DNA from: an uncultured virus (IMG/VR IMGVR_UViG_3300010998_001248) | Taxonomy: Duplodnaviria > Heunggongvirae > Uroviricota > Caudoviricetes | Strand: one strand, 5' to 3' | IMG/VR virus record: IMGVR_UViG_3300010998_001248 | DNA length: 64,000 bases | Shown: positions 10,578-18,838 of the stretch, in pieces | Layout of the letters: each line of letters starts with the position of its first letter | Position numbering within the stretch: position 1 is the stretch's first letter | Made by a program: the position numbers and the translations under genes | Notes under the pieces: model-generated | Seen by the model: only the letters and a program-made list of their open reading frames with translations | What the model was told of the DNA's origin: nothing | Databases searched by the model: none

Positions 10578-11702
10578 TCAGCTTACATGTTCAACAATTC
10601 TTTTTAAAACAAAATCAGGACAAGGCTGACACATTCCATTACCAAGAGCTTTAAACCTTGCAGTATCGCAACATGATTTATCATCAATCAGAGTGAAGTT
10701 ATCAGGCAATCCTTGTAACCTCTCACATTCAAGAGGAGTTAGCCTTCTGAGTTTTACATTTTTTTCCAGAATGAAATAGTTCCCTGAAAATGCTTCTTGA
10801 TTTCCTAACCATTGTTTTGTAGCTGCATTAGCCATTAAACAAGGAAAACAGTCTTTACCGCTTGCAATCCCTCTTTTAACATTTAGGACTAATGGAACAT
10901 TGTTTCCTCCTGTTCCTGCTCTTGCTGATAACGTAGGAATATAACCATCATATTCTCTGACAACATCACCTCTATGAGAAATATCATAAACAGGGATTAT
11001 TCGTTTGCTTGATTCATTAGAGCTATACGGAACATTCCTTTTAAGTTCTTTTTTGCTGCTTCTGCTCTCCTTAATATCCCCTGACACGCTCTTGCGCTCA
11101 AAAAGGATTTCTGAGGAACATCTCTTTCCGGTATTAAAATCTGCAACAAGGAATACTCTTTTTCTATCGTGGGCGATTCCGAAGTATTTAGAATTAAGCA
11201 CTCTCCAGGCAACCTCACACTTACTGCTTCGTACCAATCCTGCTTCTGACCATTTTCCAGATTTAGGCATTGGAATTTCGGTTTCTGTGAGCGATTCAAG
11301 CACAGATTTAAAATCCATCCCTTGATTTGAACTGAATGCTCCGCATACGTTTTCCCATACGATAAATCTTGGTGTACCCCCCCCATAGAATGAGTGGAGT
11401 TCTCTGATAATCCTGATTGCTTCTTTAAATAATCCGCTTTCTTTACCATTAAAACCCTCTCTGTTTCCTGCTATTGATAGATTCTGACAAGGACTTCCCA
11501 TAGTTACAATATCAACTTTTGGAATTTTACTACCTATTATGTTTTTAATATCACCAAGTTGTAATGTATTAGGAAAATGCTTTTTCGTTACAGCTATTGG
11601 AAAACGATCTATTTCGCTACTCCATATAGGTTTTATTCCAGCACGTATAGCTGCTAACTGCCAACCACCTATCCCATCAAATAAGCTCCCTAATGTCAAC
11701 AA
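10578..11702 (-). CDS. dcm: DNA cytosine-5 methyltransferase
   Basis: LFDGIGG, GSPCQ, WENV, RKRVF, RRLTPLECERLQG, KALGN motifs; in-frame G8 tract (C8 at 11377-11384). Confidence 0.92.
   Translation of the reverse strand: MLTLGSLFDGIGGWQLAAIRAGIKPIWSSEIDRFPIAVTKKHFPNTLQLGDIKNIIGSKIPKVDIVTMGSPCQNLSIAGNREGFNGKESGLFKEAIRIIRELHSFYGGGTPRFIVWENVCGAFSSNQGMDFKSVLESLTETEIPMPKSGKWSEAGLVRSSKCEVAWRVLNSKYFGIAHDRKRVFLVADFNTGKRCSSEILFERKSVSGDIKESRSSKKELKRNVPYSSNESSKRIIPVYDISHRGDVVREYDGYIPTLSARAGTGGNNVPLVLNVKRGIASGKDCFPCLMANAATKQWLGNQEAFSGNYFILEKNVKLRRLTPLECERLQGLPDNFTLIDDKSCCDTARFKALGNGMCQPCPDFVLKRIVEHVS
10997..11449 (-). CDS. Alternative-frame ORF nested inside dcm
   Basis: 150 stop-free codons in another frame, spanning the G8 tract and ending ...DVPQKSFLSARACQGILRRAE... 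Confidence 0.4.
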   Translation of the reverse strand: MVKKADYLKKQSGLSENSTHSMGGVHQDLSYGKTYAEHSVQIKGWILNLCLNRSQKPKFQCLNLENGQKQDWYEAVSVRLPGECLILNTSESPTIEKEYSLLQILIPERDVPQKSFLSARACQGILRRAEAAKKNLKGMFRIALMNQANE

Positions 11703-12070
11703 TTTTCTTTCCTCATTGTATAACCTTCTTCTCTAACTTCTTTTATTGCAGGAAACCTTACTCGATCACAATAATACAGTTCTAAGCCAGCTTTTACAGC
11801 TTCTATATGTTCTTTCATGCATCCATAGCTTGACCTCCATTCACCACACATAACGATAATGTCACACATTCTATTAATAATTTCTAAATCAATTTCCATA
11901 TAGTCTTTGTGTTCATAATCGCATTTGTGCATGAATTTATTATTATCAAGCGGATTAAATATAATCCAGTCAGGATGAGCAGTTTTTAAATATCTGCAAT
12001 ACTTCCTTGCACTTTTTACATTTCGCTTTTCATCACCTGTGTATGGATGGCTAACATAAACAAACTTCAA
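11696..12070 (-). CDS. DUF4406 / nucleoside 2-deoxyribosyltransferase-like protein
   Basis: VYVSHPYTG...FNP...CD...WRSSYGCMKE pattern. Confidence 0.7.
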   Translation of the reverse strand: MKFVYVSHPYTGDEKRNVKSARKYCRYLKTAHPDWIIFNPLDNNKFMHKCDYEHKDYMEIDLEIINRMCDIIVMCGEWRSSYGCMKEHIEAVKAGLELYYCDRVRFPAIKEVREEGYTMRKENC

Positions 12071-12258
12071 TTATTACTCCTTTTCTCTTTCCATAATTTA
12101 TTCCAGGTTTTTATTGCTGATTCACTGTTTTTGTACCAATACGTTAAATGACAACCGCATTTAGAACATTGCGTACTGTACACAAACATTCCATTTAATA
12201 CTCTGCTCACTACTACGGCTTCACCATTACAGTTACCGCATTTTGATATTTCGCTAAT
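12067..12258 (-). CDS. Lar-like (restriction alleviation) zinc-ribbon protein, apparent ATT start
   Basis: CGNC...CSKC...SAIKTWN; strong AGGAGGTG RBS upstream of ATT, with an in-frame TAA immediately before it. Confidence 0.5.
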   Translation of the reverse strand: MSEISKCGNCNGEAVVVSRVLNGMFVYSTQCSKCGCHLTYWYKNSESAIKTWNKLWKEKRSNN

Positions 12259-12275
12259 TTACTTTAACACCTCCT

Positions 12276-12307
12276 AAAGTAGTTAAAGTGAATGATAAAG
12301 GCATAAA
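12276..12307 (-). promoter_or_regulatory. Conserved intergenic motif, copy 2
   Basis: TTTATG-N11-CACTTTAACTACTTT directly followed by AGGAGG. Confidence 0.55.
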
Positions 12308-12311
12308 AAAA

Positions 12312-12758
12312 TTAACCTTTATGCAGAACGATTATATTTCTCTTTTGTCTGCCAAAGTTCAAGGCATCTGTTAAATTGTCATAGTAAATATCAATTCTGC
12401 ATCCTTTAATTGCGCTGCCTGTATCTTGCACTTCATATACTCCCATTCCGTCAATGTAAATCAATGTTCCATAAGGTAAAATCCTTACATCTGCTGCTAC
12501 ATATCCTTGTCTAACTTTCTTACCGGAACTTGTGATTCCATAACCAGTATCTCCAGGACTTTTACCAGTAGATTCATAACCAGCAGTATAAGCTGTACAT
12601 TCAGCTAAAAACATATCAGCCTTTTGAATATCAGGAATAATATCAACATACACTACTTCTGTCTGAGTTTTAACTGGTTCTTTTTTCTTAGCTAATACTA
12701 TTGGAAATACTGTAAGAAATGACAATATCAATGCTAATACAACCCTCAGTTTAATCAT
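12312..12758 (-). CDS. 3D-domain protein with N-terminal signal/TM segment, copy 2
   Basis: TAYT...GITSSG...VAAD..ILPYGT...QDTGSAIKGCRIDIY. Confidence 0.85.
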   Translation of the reverse strand: MIKLRVVLALILSFLTVFPIVLAKKKEPVKTQTEVVYVDIIPDIQKADMFLAECTAYTAGYESTGKSPGDTGYGITSSGKKVRQGYVAADVRILPYGTLIYIDGMGVYEVQDTGSAIKGCRIDIYYDNLTDALNFGRQKRNIIVLHKG

Positions 12759-12789
12759 CTAACACCTCCTTAAATTTATTTACGTTCAC

Positions 12790-12818
12790 ATTATATATCC
12801 TTTTATATCGTTTGTCAA
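12790..12818 (-). promoter_or_regulatory. Consensus sigma-A promoter
   Basis: TTGACA-17 nt-TATAAT on the minus strand, upstream of the 3D/dcm/dnaE block. Confidence 0.8.
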
Positions 12819-12842
12819 GTAGTTTTAGTAAATATTTATAAA

Positions 12843-12880
12843 CAAAAAAATCGGAGCTAAAGCATAAGCTCTAACTCCGA
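12843..12880 (-). terminator. Intrinsic terminator ending the late operon
   Basis: TCGGAG...CTCCGA stem followed by a T run on the minus strand. Confidence 0.7.
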
Positions 12881-13336
12881 CTATTTAGATACAGCAACAA
12901 TAATAGCAGTAGCTAAAGCACCAAGTAAAATATTTCTTTCTGTCTTTAGCTTACTTTTTTTCTTCTCCTCCTGATTCACGTATTTCTCTAAGTATTGATT
13001 TGCATTCGCTAATGAGTTTATCTGCTTCAGTGAAATCGTTTCCGATTCCTTCAACTTCCTCTCTAATTCCCTTGACTTCGCCAGTGAGTGTATGAGTGAT
13101 TCCTCTTGCTTCTTCAAGAGTTCCTCTAAGCTCTTGATTCTTGTCAATGCTCTCTGATATTTTTCTTGTGACCTCTGATTGGTTTCCGATAGCTTCTGTA
13201 ATCTGTTCTCTAACCTGATTAACTGGCTCTCTGGAACTGTAAAAGATTTCTCTGCCAAGCAGATAACCGGAAAGCCCAAGGACAACCACAATGATAATAA
13301 CAAGCAAAATATTTCCTTTGTCATTTTTAACCTCAT
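12881..13336 (-). CDS. Spanin-like protein (signal peptide, coiled coil, C-terminal hydrophobic segment)
   Basis: Overlaps 12951..13391 out of frame at the end of the late operon. Confidence 0.55.
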   Translation of the reverse strand: MRLKMTKEIFCLLLSLWLSLGFPVICLAEKSFTVPESQLIRLENRLQKLSETNQRSQEKYQRALTRIKSLEELLKKQEESLIHSLAKSRELERKLKESETISLKQINSLANANQYLEKYVNQEEKKKSKLKTERNILLGALATAIIVAVSK

Positions 13337-13391
13337 TCCAATTCAATCCATTTAATTTTGTCAAGATCGTCTTTAGTTTTTGCATCATCAA
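12951..13391 (-). CDS. Inner-membrane spanin-like protein
   Basis: Single TM segment ILLVIIIVVVLGLSGYLLG followed by a long coiled coil. Confidence 0.55.
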   Translation of the reverse strand: MMMQKLKTILTKLNGLNWNEVKNDKGNILLVIIIVVVLGLSGYLLGREIFYSSREPVNQVREQITEAIGNQSEVTRKISESIDKNQELRGTLEEARGITHTLTGEVKGIREEVEGIGNDFTEADKLISECKSILREIRESGGEEKK

Positions 13392-14022
13392 CCATCCCTT
13401 GTAACTGCCATCCTATTTGTTTACATGCTCCGATATGTTTAGATAAATCAGCACAAAACTTTAATACGCCTTCAGCATTCAGCCAATGGATTGTTTTAGT
13501 ATCAGAGCCTTTATCATAACCACGTACAGGGCAACCATTAGGATATTTTTCAACAAACTCCTCAGTATTAACATTCAAGGCTATCCCTTGCATGGTAATC
13601 TGAGTATCAACATCAGAATCATAAGTAACATTGTCTGATACAAAGCCACCAGTGATATGTTCTTCTGTCCATTGTCTAATTTCAATGAGTTTATCTGCTT
13701 TCAGCATATCTAATGTTTTAGATGGAGGTTCAAATACTGCATTTTCAGGAAAAGCACCTAAAACTTCCATAATATGAGGTTTTGCATCATATTCATCAGT
13801 TTCTAACCAATACTGCTCTCCTCTATGATCCTCAAATAAGTTCCATACTTCTCCATTCCATACAGGCGTATATCCTTCCTGGAAAACAGGCTCTACAGTA
13901 GTACAATCTCTTGGTATAACATAAATTGTCTTATGTTCCACCATAGATTTTAAAGCGTTTACCCTTGCATTTTCTTCACCGATAAACTCTTTTGTAGTTT
14001 TACTGAATCTGTAAATCTTCAT
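13333..14022 (-). CDS. Tail fibre assembly protein (DUF4376-like C-terminus)
   Basis: PRDCTTVEP...W...EDHRG N-terminal Tfa-like segment; YDSD...DAKTKDDLDKIKW C-terminus. Confidence 0.7.
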   Translation of the reverse strand: MKIYRFSKTTKEFIGEENARVNALKSMVEHKTIYVIPRDCTTVEPVFQEGYTPVWNGEVWNLFEDHRGEQYWLETDEYDAKPHIMEVLGAFPENAVFEPPSKTLDMLKADKLIEIRQWTEEHITGGFVSDNVTYDSDVDTQITMQGIALNVNTEEFVEKYPNGCPVRGYDKGSDTKTIHWLNAEGVLKFCADLSKHIGACKQIGWQLQGMVDDAKTKDDLDKIKWIELE

Positions 14023-14392
14023 TTTTTAAGTCCCACTCAATACCTTCCACTTCTTCAACAGAATTTGCATCAGCAATCATATCTTTTAATTCTCTATATC
14101 TTTGATGGAGAACGTTACTACGTGCAGCAGCAGAAGCAATAACATTCTTTAAATCAAAAGCAGTAACATTGACTACATCATTATCAGCAGTAGTCCAGTA
14201 AATACTGCCGCCATCACCAACAGCATAAATCGCTGCTAAAATTCGCTGATAAGACTTTTCATCAAAATCATAGAGATGCCCTTTATATTCTACAGGCTGT
14301 GTTTCTCTATAATCACGTACAGCTTTAAGAGCATTTTTCTTCAGCTCTTTCGTTTCTTCAAGCGTAAAACCATTAGACCCAATGTTTGACAT
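14000..14392 (-). CDS. DUF4376-like tail fibre-associated protein
   Basis: YDFDEKSYQRI...WTTADN...ADANSVEEVEGIEW. Confidence 0.7.
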   Translation of the reverse strand: MSNIGSNGFTLEETKELKKNALKAVRDYRETQPVEYKGHLYDFDEKSYQRILAAIYAVGDGGSIYWTTADNDVVNVTAFDLKNVIASAAARSNVLHQRYRELKDMIADANSVEEVEGIEWDLKNEDLQIQ

Positions 14393-15570
14393 ATTGATAC
14401 ACCTCTTAATTCATCAATAAATAAATCATCATACAATTTAATTAAATTACATCTTTGAAGCTTTGACATATATTTATAAAAAGAACCATACCATGACTTG
14501 AACATACTCTCTATGTCATGATACGGAACTTTACCATCAATCAATTTCTTTTTAAGTTTCTTGAGTTTTCTCCGCATAGCTGTAATGCGTTTTGGATTAA
14601 TTTTAACAATAACTCTTCCGGTACTGGTTAAACAATACTGCATTTGTAAAAACTTAAAATTTGAGCTTAATTTATATATCCTTGTCTTTTTTGGATTAAT
14701 AAAAATGCCTATTTCATCAGCAATTTCTTTTATCTTTACCAGGAGTTCTTTTAGTTCTTCTTTAGTTTCGGCAATTATGAATGAATCATCCATGTACCTA
14801 CCATAAAATTTAACGCCACATACGATTTTGATAAAATTATCAATCCTTATAGGATAGAATGTACTAAGGCTTTGTGAACCCTGATCTCCAATATTTAAAG
14901 ATTTTTCCCAAAAATACTTACCTGTTTTAAGCTTTGAAGGAATTTTATTATGCTCAAGAATTTTTAACTTTGTTGTCTTATATCGTTTTCTTTCTTCTTC
15001 AGAAAGATATGAAACATCAACAGCAGAATCATGCAATATCAGAGATAAATACCATTTGTCTTTCTCTGTAGGTAACAGCTTACCTACTTCTTCTTTTAAA
15101 ACCTCATGCAGTATATTGTCATAGAATCCACTATAATCTTCTACCAAAATCCAACCAGTATTAGATTTATGTTGATTAAACCATTTTTGTAAGAACCATT
15201 TAAACCTGTTACGTGCCATTGAAATACCACGTTTTTCAAGAGAAGCATAATTATCATAAATAAGCTTTGGTCTTAATATTGGATTCAAAACATAATCACA
15301 AAAAGCATGACGGGCTACTCTATCTCTCATTCGCAAGCCTTTTATTAACCTTGTCTTACCTCTTTCATTGATAATAAAAGATTTCGGTTCAAAAGTTTTA
15401 TATGTTCCGTCTTTTAATTCCTTTTGCAAAAGAGCTATCTCCAATAAATAATTAGCTTCAAACAATTGAACTTCAGGTTTCCAATTACTATTAAGTTTTG
15501 CTTTTAAATATCCATCATACAGGTAGTTTGCATCAGTAATAACACTATCGTTAAATTCAGAATAATCCAC
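14341..15570 (-). CDS. DGR reverse transcriptase
   Basis: ERGKTR, RDRV, IGDQGSQ (DGR-type GxxxSQ), YGRYMDD, FLQ; adjacent to TR and avd. Confidence 0.95.
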   Translation of the reverse strand: MDYSEFNDSVITDANYLYDGYLKAKLNSNWKPEVQLFEANYLLEIALLQKELKDGTYKTFEPKSFIINERGKTRLIKGLRMRDRVARHAFCDYVLNPILRPKLIYDNYASLEKRGISMARNRFKWFLQKWFNQHKSNTGWILVEDYSGFYDNILHEVLKEEVGKLLPTEKDKWYLSLILHDSAVDVSYLSEEERKRYKTTKLKILEHNKIPSKLKTGKYFWEKSLNIGDQGSQSLSTFYPIRIDNFIKIVCGVKFYGRYMDDSFIIAETKEELKELLVKIKEIADEIGIFINPKKTRIYKLSSNFKFLQMQYCLTSTGRVIVKINPKRITAMRRKLKKLKKKLIDGKVPYHDIESMFKSWYGSFYKYMSKLQRCNLIKLYDDLFIDELRGVSICQTLGLMVLRLKKRKS

Positions 15571-15690
15571 GTTTATAACCTCATCAGACGTATCTGGAAG
15601 TATCGTGTTTAGTATTTACCATATCGGAAGGACAACCTCTCCTTTCTCTTTCCCACTTTCAGCACAGAGCCTACTTAAAATTGTGGAAGT

Positions 15691-15784
15691 GAAATCAGGG
15701 CGAACGCCATAAGAATTCGAAGCGTAGCCGTTGTTCGCATTGCCGTTGTTGTTGACATTCGCAAAGTTCGCAGCGGAACTCACG
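15691..15784 (-). ncRNA. DGR template repeat (TR)
   Basis: 94-bp ungapped match to 16368-16461; rich in AAC/AAT codons; 12 of 16 mismatches are at TR adenines. Confidence 0.95.
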
Positions 15785-15808
15785 GAACAGCGTATTACAG
15801 AGATTGCC

Positions 15809-16282
15809 CTATGTTGCTGGTTTCGTTCTGATTTTATTATCAGATTTTCTCCAGCCTTTAATTAATTTAACTTGATTGTCAATTTCTAATGCAAAACGAG
15901 TGTACTTGTTAATATCCGGTTTAATTGTTTCTATAGAATATTGTAATTCCTGTAGTATTTGATAACAGTTAACTATAGCTCTATCTTGATACAAGCGTCT
16001 TTCAGTCCACTCAGCATCATTAATAGGATATATAGTATTCGCTGCTATTAAATTCGCTATTAAATTACGCAACCTTGTAATAATCACAGTTCTTGAATTT
16101 TCAATAAACCATGATTCAAAAGCAGCTCTCCTTTGGCTACGAAATTCAGATTCCAAAGTGTTTTCTTTCCATTTATAACCAAAATCATAGAGCAATAAAT
16201 TTGTAATATCTTTCCGTAATTTATAAGCGTGATGTAAAACTTCAAATTTAGATTCTTTACGTTTACTTTTTACAACACTCAT
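15809..16282 (-). CDS. avd: DGR accessory variability determinant (Avd-like)
   Basis: Basic, helical 157-aa protein (MSVVKSKR...AANTIYP...RRLYQ...LIKGWRKSD) between VR and TR. Confidence 0.85.
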   Translation of the reverse strand: MSVVKSKRKESKFEVLHHAYKLRKDITNLLLYDFGYKWKENTLESEFRSQRRAAFESWFIENSRTVIITRLRNLIANLIAANTIYPINDAEWTERRLYQDRAIVNCYQILQELQYSIETIKPDINKYTRFALEIDNQVKLIKGWRKSDNKIRTKPAT

Positions 16283-16321
16283 TGTACCTCCTGTATGATA
16301 GACAAATTAGCAAAAAATAAC

Positions 16322-16344
16322 CTATGCTCCATATAGGAGCATAG
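16322..16344. promoter_or_regulatory. DGR target-recognition hairpin downstream of VR
   Basis: CTATGCTCC-ATATA-GGAGCATAG, 9-bp perfect stem, 11 nt past the target stop codon. Confidence 0.75.
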
Positions 16345-16355
16345 ATTTTAGATCA

Positions 16356-17555
16356 TTAGATTAAGGCGAAAGCAGGGCGAACGCCAAGAGAATTCGAAGC
16401 GAGGTAGTAGTACGCAGTGCCGTAGGCGTTGACAATCGCAAAGTGCGCAGCGGAACCCACGTCCATCAACCAGTAATTTTGTCTTATGTTGATATACCTT
16501 GGAGAAAGCCTAAATAACGGCAACTGTGTCTTTTGGCTACCAACAGAATAACCATTATTACCAGAATCGCCCCAAGCTCTCGTTCCATACACCATGACCT
16601 CATTCATTAATTCGACATTGCTATCTTTCCATGCCCAAGATGTATATTTACCGCCTGTGCAAGATGTAGGCAGAAGTTTTCTATGTGTAGGAACATTAGC
16701 CTGACCGAAAGCAGCATAAACCAAGTTCCTTGCTGTATCTAACTCTGCATACAAATCAGTAGCTAAATAACCGCCCTCTGTTGTGTTTACTGCACCAGAT
16801 TCATAAGCACCGCTTGATGTTTTGTGCATCTGAGCATTATACAGGCAAGTATCAGGTACAATAACTACATGGTGTTTTGTGAAATTAGTATCGCCAACAT
16901 TGTACCAATAATCAAATCCTGCAATTCGCCAAACAACACCATTAATAGTCCAGTAATCGCCTACAAACATATCGTCAAAAGTTCCTGCTGTAATCGCTGC
17001 TCTCTGTGCAGATGATACAGATGTTCCTAAGCTTTTACCTCTAAAAATGCTATTATGAAATCCTGCTTCTGACCCAAAAGTATAAAACCAAGCTGTTGTA
17101 GCAATTTGTGTGCTTTTATCATAAGCTGCTGGCGTTACAGACTTGGGAGTACCAGTAAAAGTAGGAGATGCAATAGGAGCATAAGAACCTAACAAAGTCT
17201 TAATAAAAGCTGTAGTTGCGAATTTCTTACTATTATCTGACTGTTCAGGAGTAACACCTAAAACAGCCCCTGTAAAAGTCGCTCCTGCAAGTGCAGCGTA
17301 ATCTCCAAGAGCTGTCATTACATAAGCTGTAGAAGCTGCTTTTGTGGAATTATCCCCTTTGGTTTTAGTACCAACAACAACATTTCCACTTGCTTCAAAA
17401 TCTTTTACAGTAGCTTTATTACTTAAATTTAAGTTTTTAGCTGTAATCGTATTTTCAATATTTATTGCTTTAAAAAATCCGTTTAACCATTTTTTAACTG
17501 AAGTACCAATAGAGCCTTCACCATCAGCTCTTGGAGCAAAATTTCTTGTTGCCAT
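16356..17555 (-). CDS. DGR target: tail fibre / receptor-binding protein with C-terminal CLec-type variable domain
   Basis: Three DxS...ATTA(F/Y/W)-like fibre repeats; ends YWL...GVRPAF and contains the VR. Confidence 0.9.
   Translation of the reverse strand: MATRNFAPRADGEGSIGTSVKKWLNGFFKAINIENTITAKNLNLSNKATVKDFEASGNVVVGTKTKGDNSTKAASTAYVMTALGDYAALAGATFTGAVLGVTPEQSDNSKKFATTAFIKTLLGSYAPIASPTFTGTPKSVTPAAYDKSTQIATTAWFYTFGSEAGFHNSIFRGKSLGTSVSSAQRAAITAGTFDDMFVGDYWTINGVVWRIAGFDYWYNVGDTNFTKHHVVIVPDTCLYNAQMHKTSSGAYESGAVNTTEGGYLATDLYAELDTARNLVYAAFGQANVPTHRKLLPTSCTGGKYTSWAWKDSNVELMNEVMVYGTRAWGDSGNNGYSVGSQKTQLPLFRLSPRYINIRQNYWLMDVGSAAHFAIVNAYGTAYYYLASNSLGVRPAFALI
16368..16461 (-). repeat. DGR variable repeat (VR)
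   Basis: Encodes VGSAAHFAIVNAYGTAYYYLASNSLGVRPAF; aligns to TR without gaps. Confidence 0.95.
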
Positions 17556-17572
17556 ATATTCACCTTCCTATA

Positions 17573-18445
17573 TTAAAATGTTGGAATAATATCACCATTA
17601 TCATCAATATCAAACATCTGAGATGCAACAGGAACTATTTTAGGCATAATGTCACCATTAGAGTCATATTCAAAAGTTTCTGTAATACTTATTGAAATAC
17701 TCGCCCAATATTCAGGAGATGTTACCGGAGGATTACCTGTTGATGTTTTGATACAACGATAAGAAGAACCATCATTAGTAATAACGCAATCACCAGGCTG
17801 ATAAGTCTTTGTACTATCCCAAAATGAATCAATAACAGATGCAGGAAGTACTGACTGAATACCCTGGTATAAAGTCTGTATATCTAATAACGCCTGTTGT
17901 GCAGAAGTATTAGCTTGTTCTGCATTTGTTTCGGAAGATGCAGCATTTGTTTCACTTGATTTCGCATTGGTTTCTGAAGTTTTCGCATTGGTTTCTGAGG
18001 TCTTTGCTTTTGTTTCAGAAGCCTTTGCGTTCGTTTCGCTTGTTTTTGCGTTCGTTTCAGAAGTCTTTGCTTTTGTTTCTGAAGATTTAGCATTGGCTTC
18101 AGAAGTAGCTGCTGCAACTTTACTGTTATTGGCTGAAGTAGCTGAATTAGCTGCTGCTGTAGCACTATTCTTAGCGTTTGTAGCTGAATTAGCAGCCAAG
18201 GTAACACTTGATGTTGCAGTAGTTTTAATTTCTTCAAAATACGTTAAAGCAGCATTATCAAGCGAAATCTGAAGGTAAGCTAAATCTTTCCAGTGACTCT
18301 GACCATCACCAACTTTAAACTTAATTCCTGTTGTAGAACGCTCAACACCCCACTCACCATTAAAGAGAATAGGATTTTTACTGTTCCAATTAGCTGTAGA
18401 ATCAGTCCTATGCTTAATACGTGCTTTCCATAATGTTTTAGCCAA
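17573..18445 (-). CDS. Tail fibre protein (Mtd/hyaluronidase-like N-terminus, heptad repeats, carbohydrate-binding-like domain)
   Basis: NPIL..GE.G...KVGDG..W..L.Y; SETNAK(T/A/S) repeats; WDSTKTYQPGD. Confidence 0.8.
   Translation of the reverse strand: MAKTLWKARIKHRTDSTANWNSKNPILFNGEWGVERSTTGIKFKVGDGQSHWKDLAYLQISLDNAALTYFEEIKTTATSSVTLAANSATNAKNSATAAANSATSANNSKVAAATSEANAKSSETKAKTSETNAKTSETNAKASETKAKTSETNAKTSETNAKSSETNAASSETNAEQANTSAQQALLDIQTLYQGIQSVLPASVIDSFWDSTKTYQPGDCVITNDGSSYRCIKTSTGNPPVTSPEYWASISISITETFEYDSNGDIMPKIVPVASQMFDIDDNGDIIPTF
17925..18105. repeat. Degenerate 21-bp coding tandem repeat (SET[N/K]AK[T/A/S])
   Basis: About eight heptad units within the fibre gene. Confidence 0.85.
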
Positions 18446-18838
18446 TTAATCCACCACCGTTAAAATCACATCATTACCACTGTCAATAATCATCTGAGAA
18501 AGCTCAACACCATCTTTGTTGTACATTCTCAGGCATCCATAAGTCGGAACTAAAGGCTGGTAATCTGCAAACGGATCACGTAAACCAGAACCGCCACCAT
18601 GAATATCACGCCCTCTAAAATCACCTGTAGTGATATAGAAATTTCCGTAAGCAGCTCCGTATTTTCCGTTTGTGATTTCAGCCGAAACATGGAGATACGT
18701 TCCATTAGGGAGGGATTCCCTCAATCCGTTATCGTTATAATAAGCATCTCTGCAAGGATAATCAGCGACTACGCAATAATATTCATCCATTGCATAAATC
18801 CTTTGTTTACTTCTCTGAAACTGGATTTCCTTTATCAA
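18446..18838 (-). CDS. L,D-transpeptidase (YkuD)-family protein, putative endolysin
   Basis: DIHGGG...PTYGCLRM matches the H-x(n)-[ST]xGC[ILV]R catalytic signature; overlaps the holin-like gene. Confidence 0.7.
   Translation of the reverse strand: MIKEIQFQRSKQRIYAMDEYYCVVADYPCRDAYYNDNGLRESLPNGTYLHVSAEITNGKYGAAYGNFYITTGDFRGRDIHGGGSGLRDPFADYQPLVPTYGCLRMYNKDGVELSQMIIDSGNDVILTVVD

Larger units (their letters stand above)
14341..17555 (-). mobile_element. Diversity-generating retroelement cassette (target, avd, TR, RT)
   Basis: All four canonical components plus a post-VR hairpin, in order on one strand. Confidence 0.95.

Noticed and set aside
14341..15570. Group II intron or retron reverse transcriptase
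   Set aside because: The TR/VR pair, avd and the GxxxSQ motif identify a DGR, and no intron domain V or endonuclease domain was seen.
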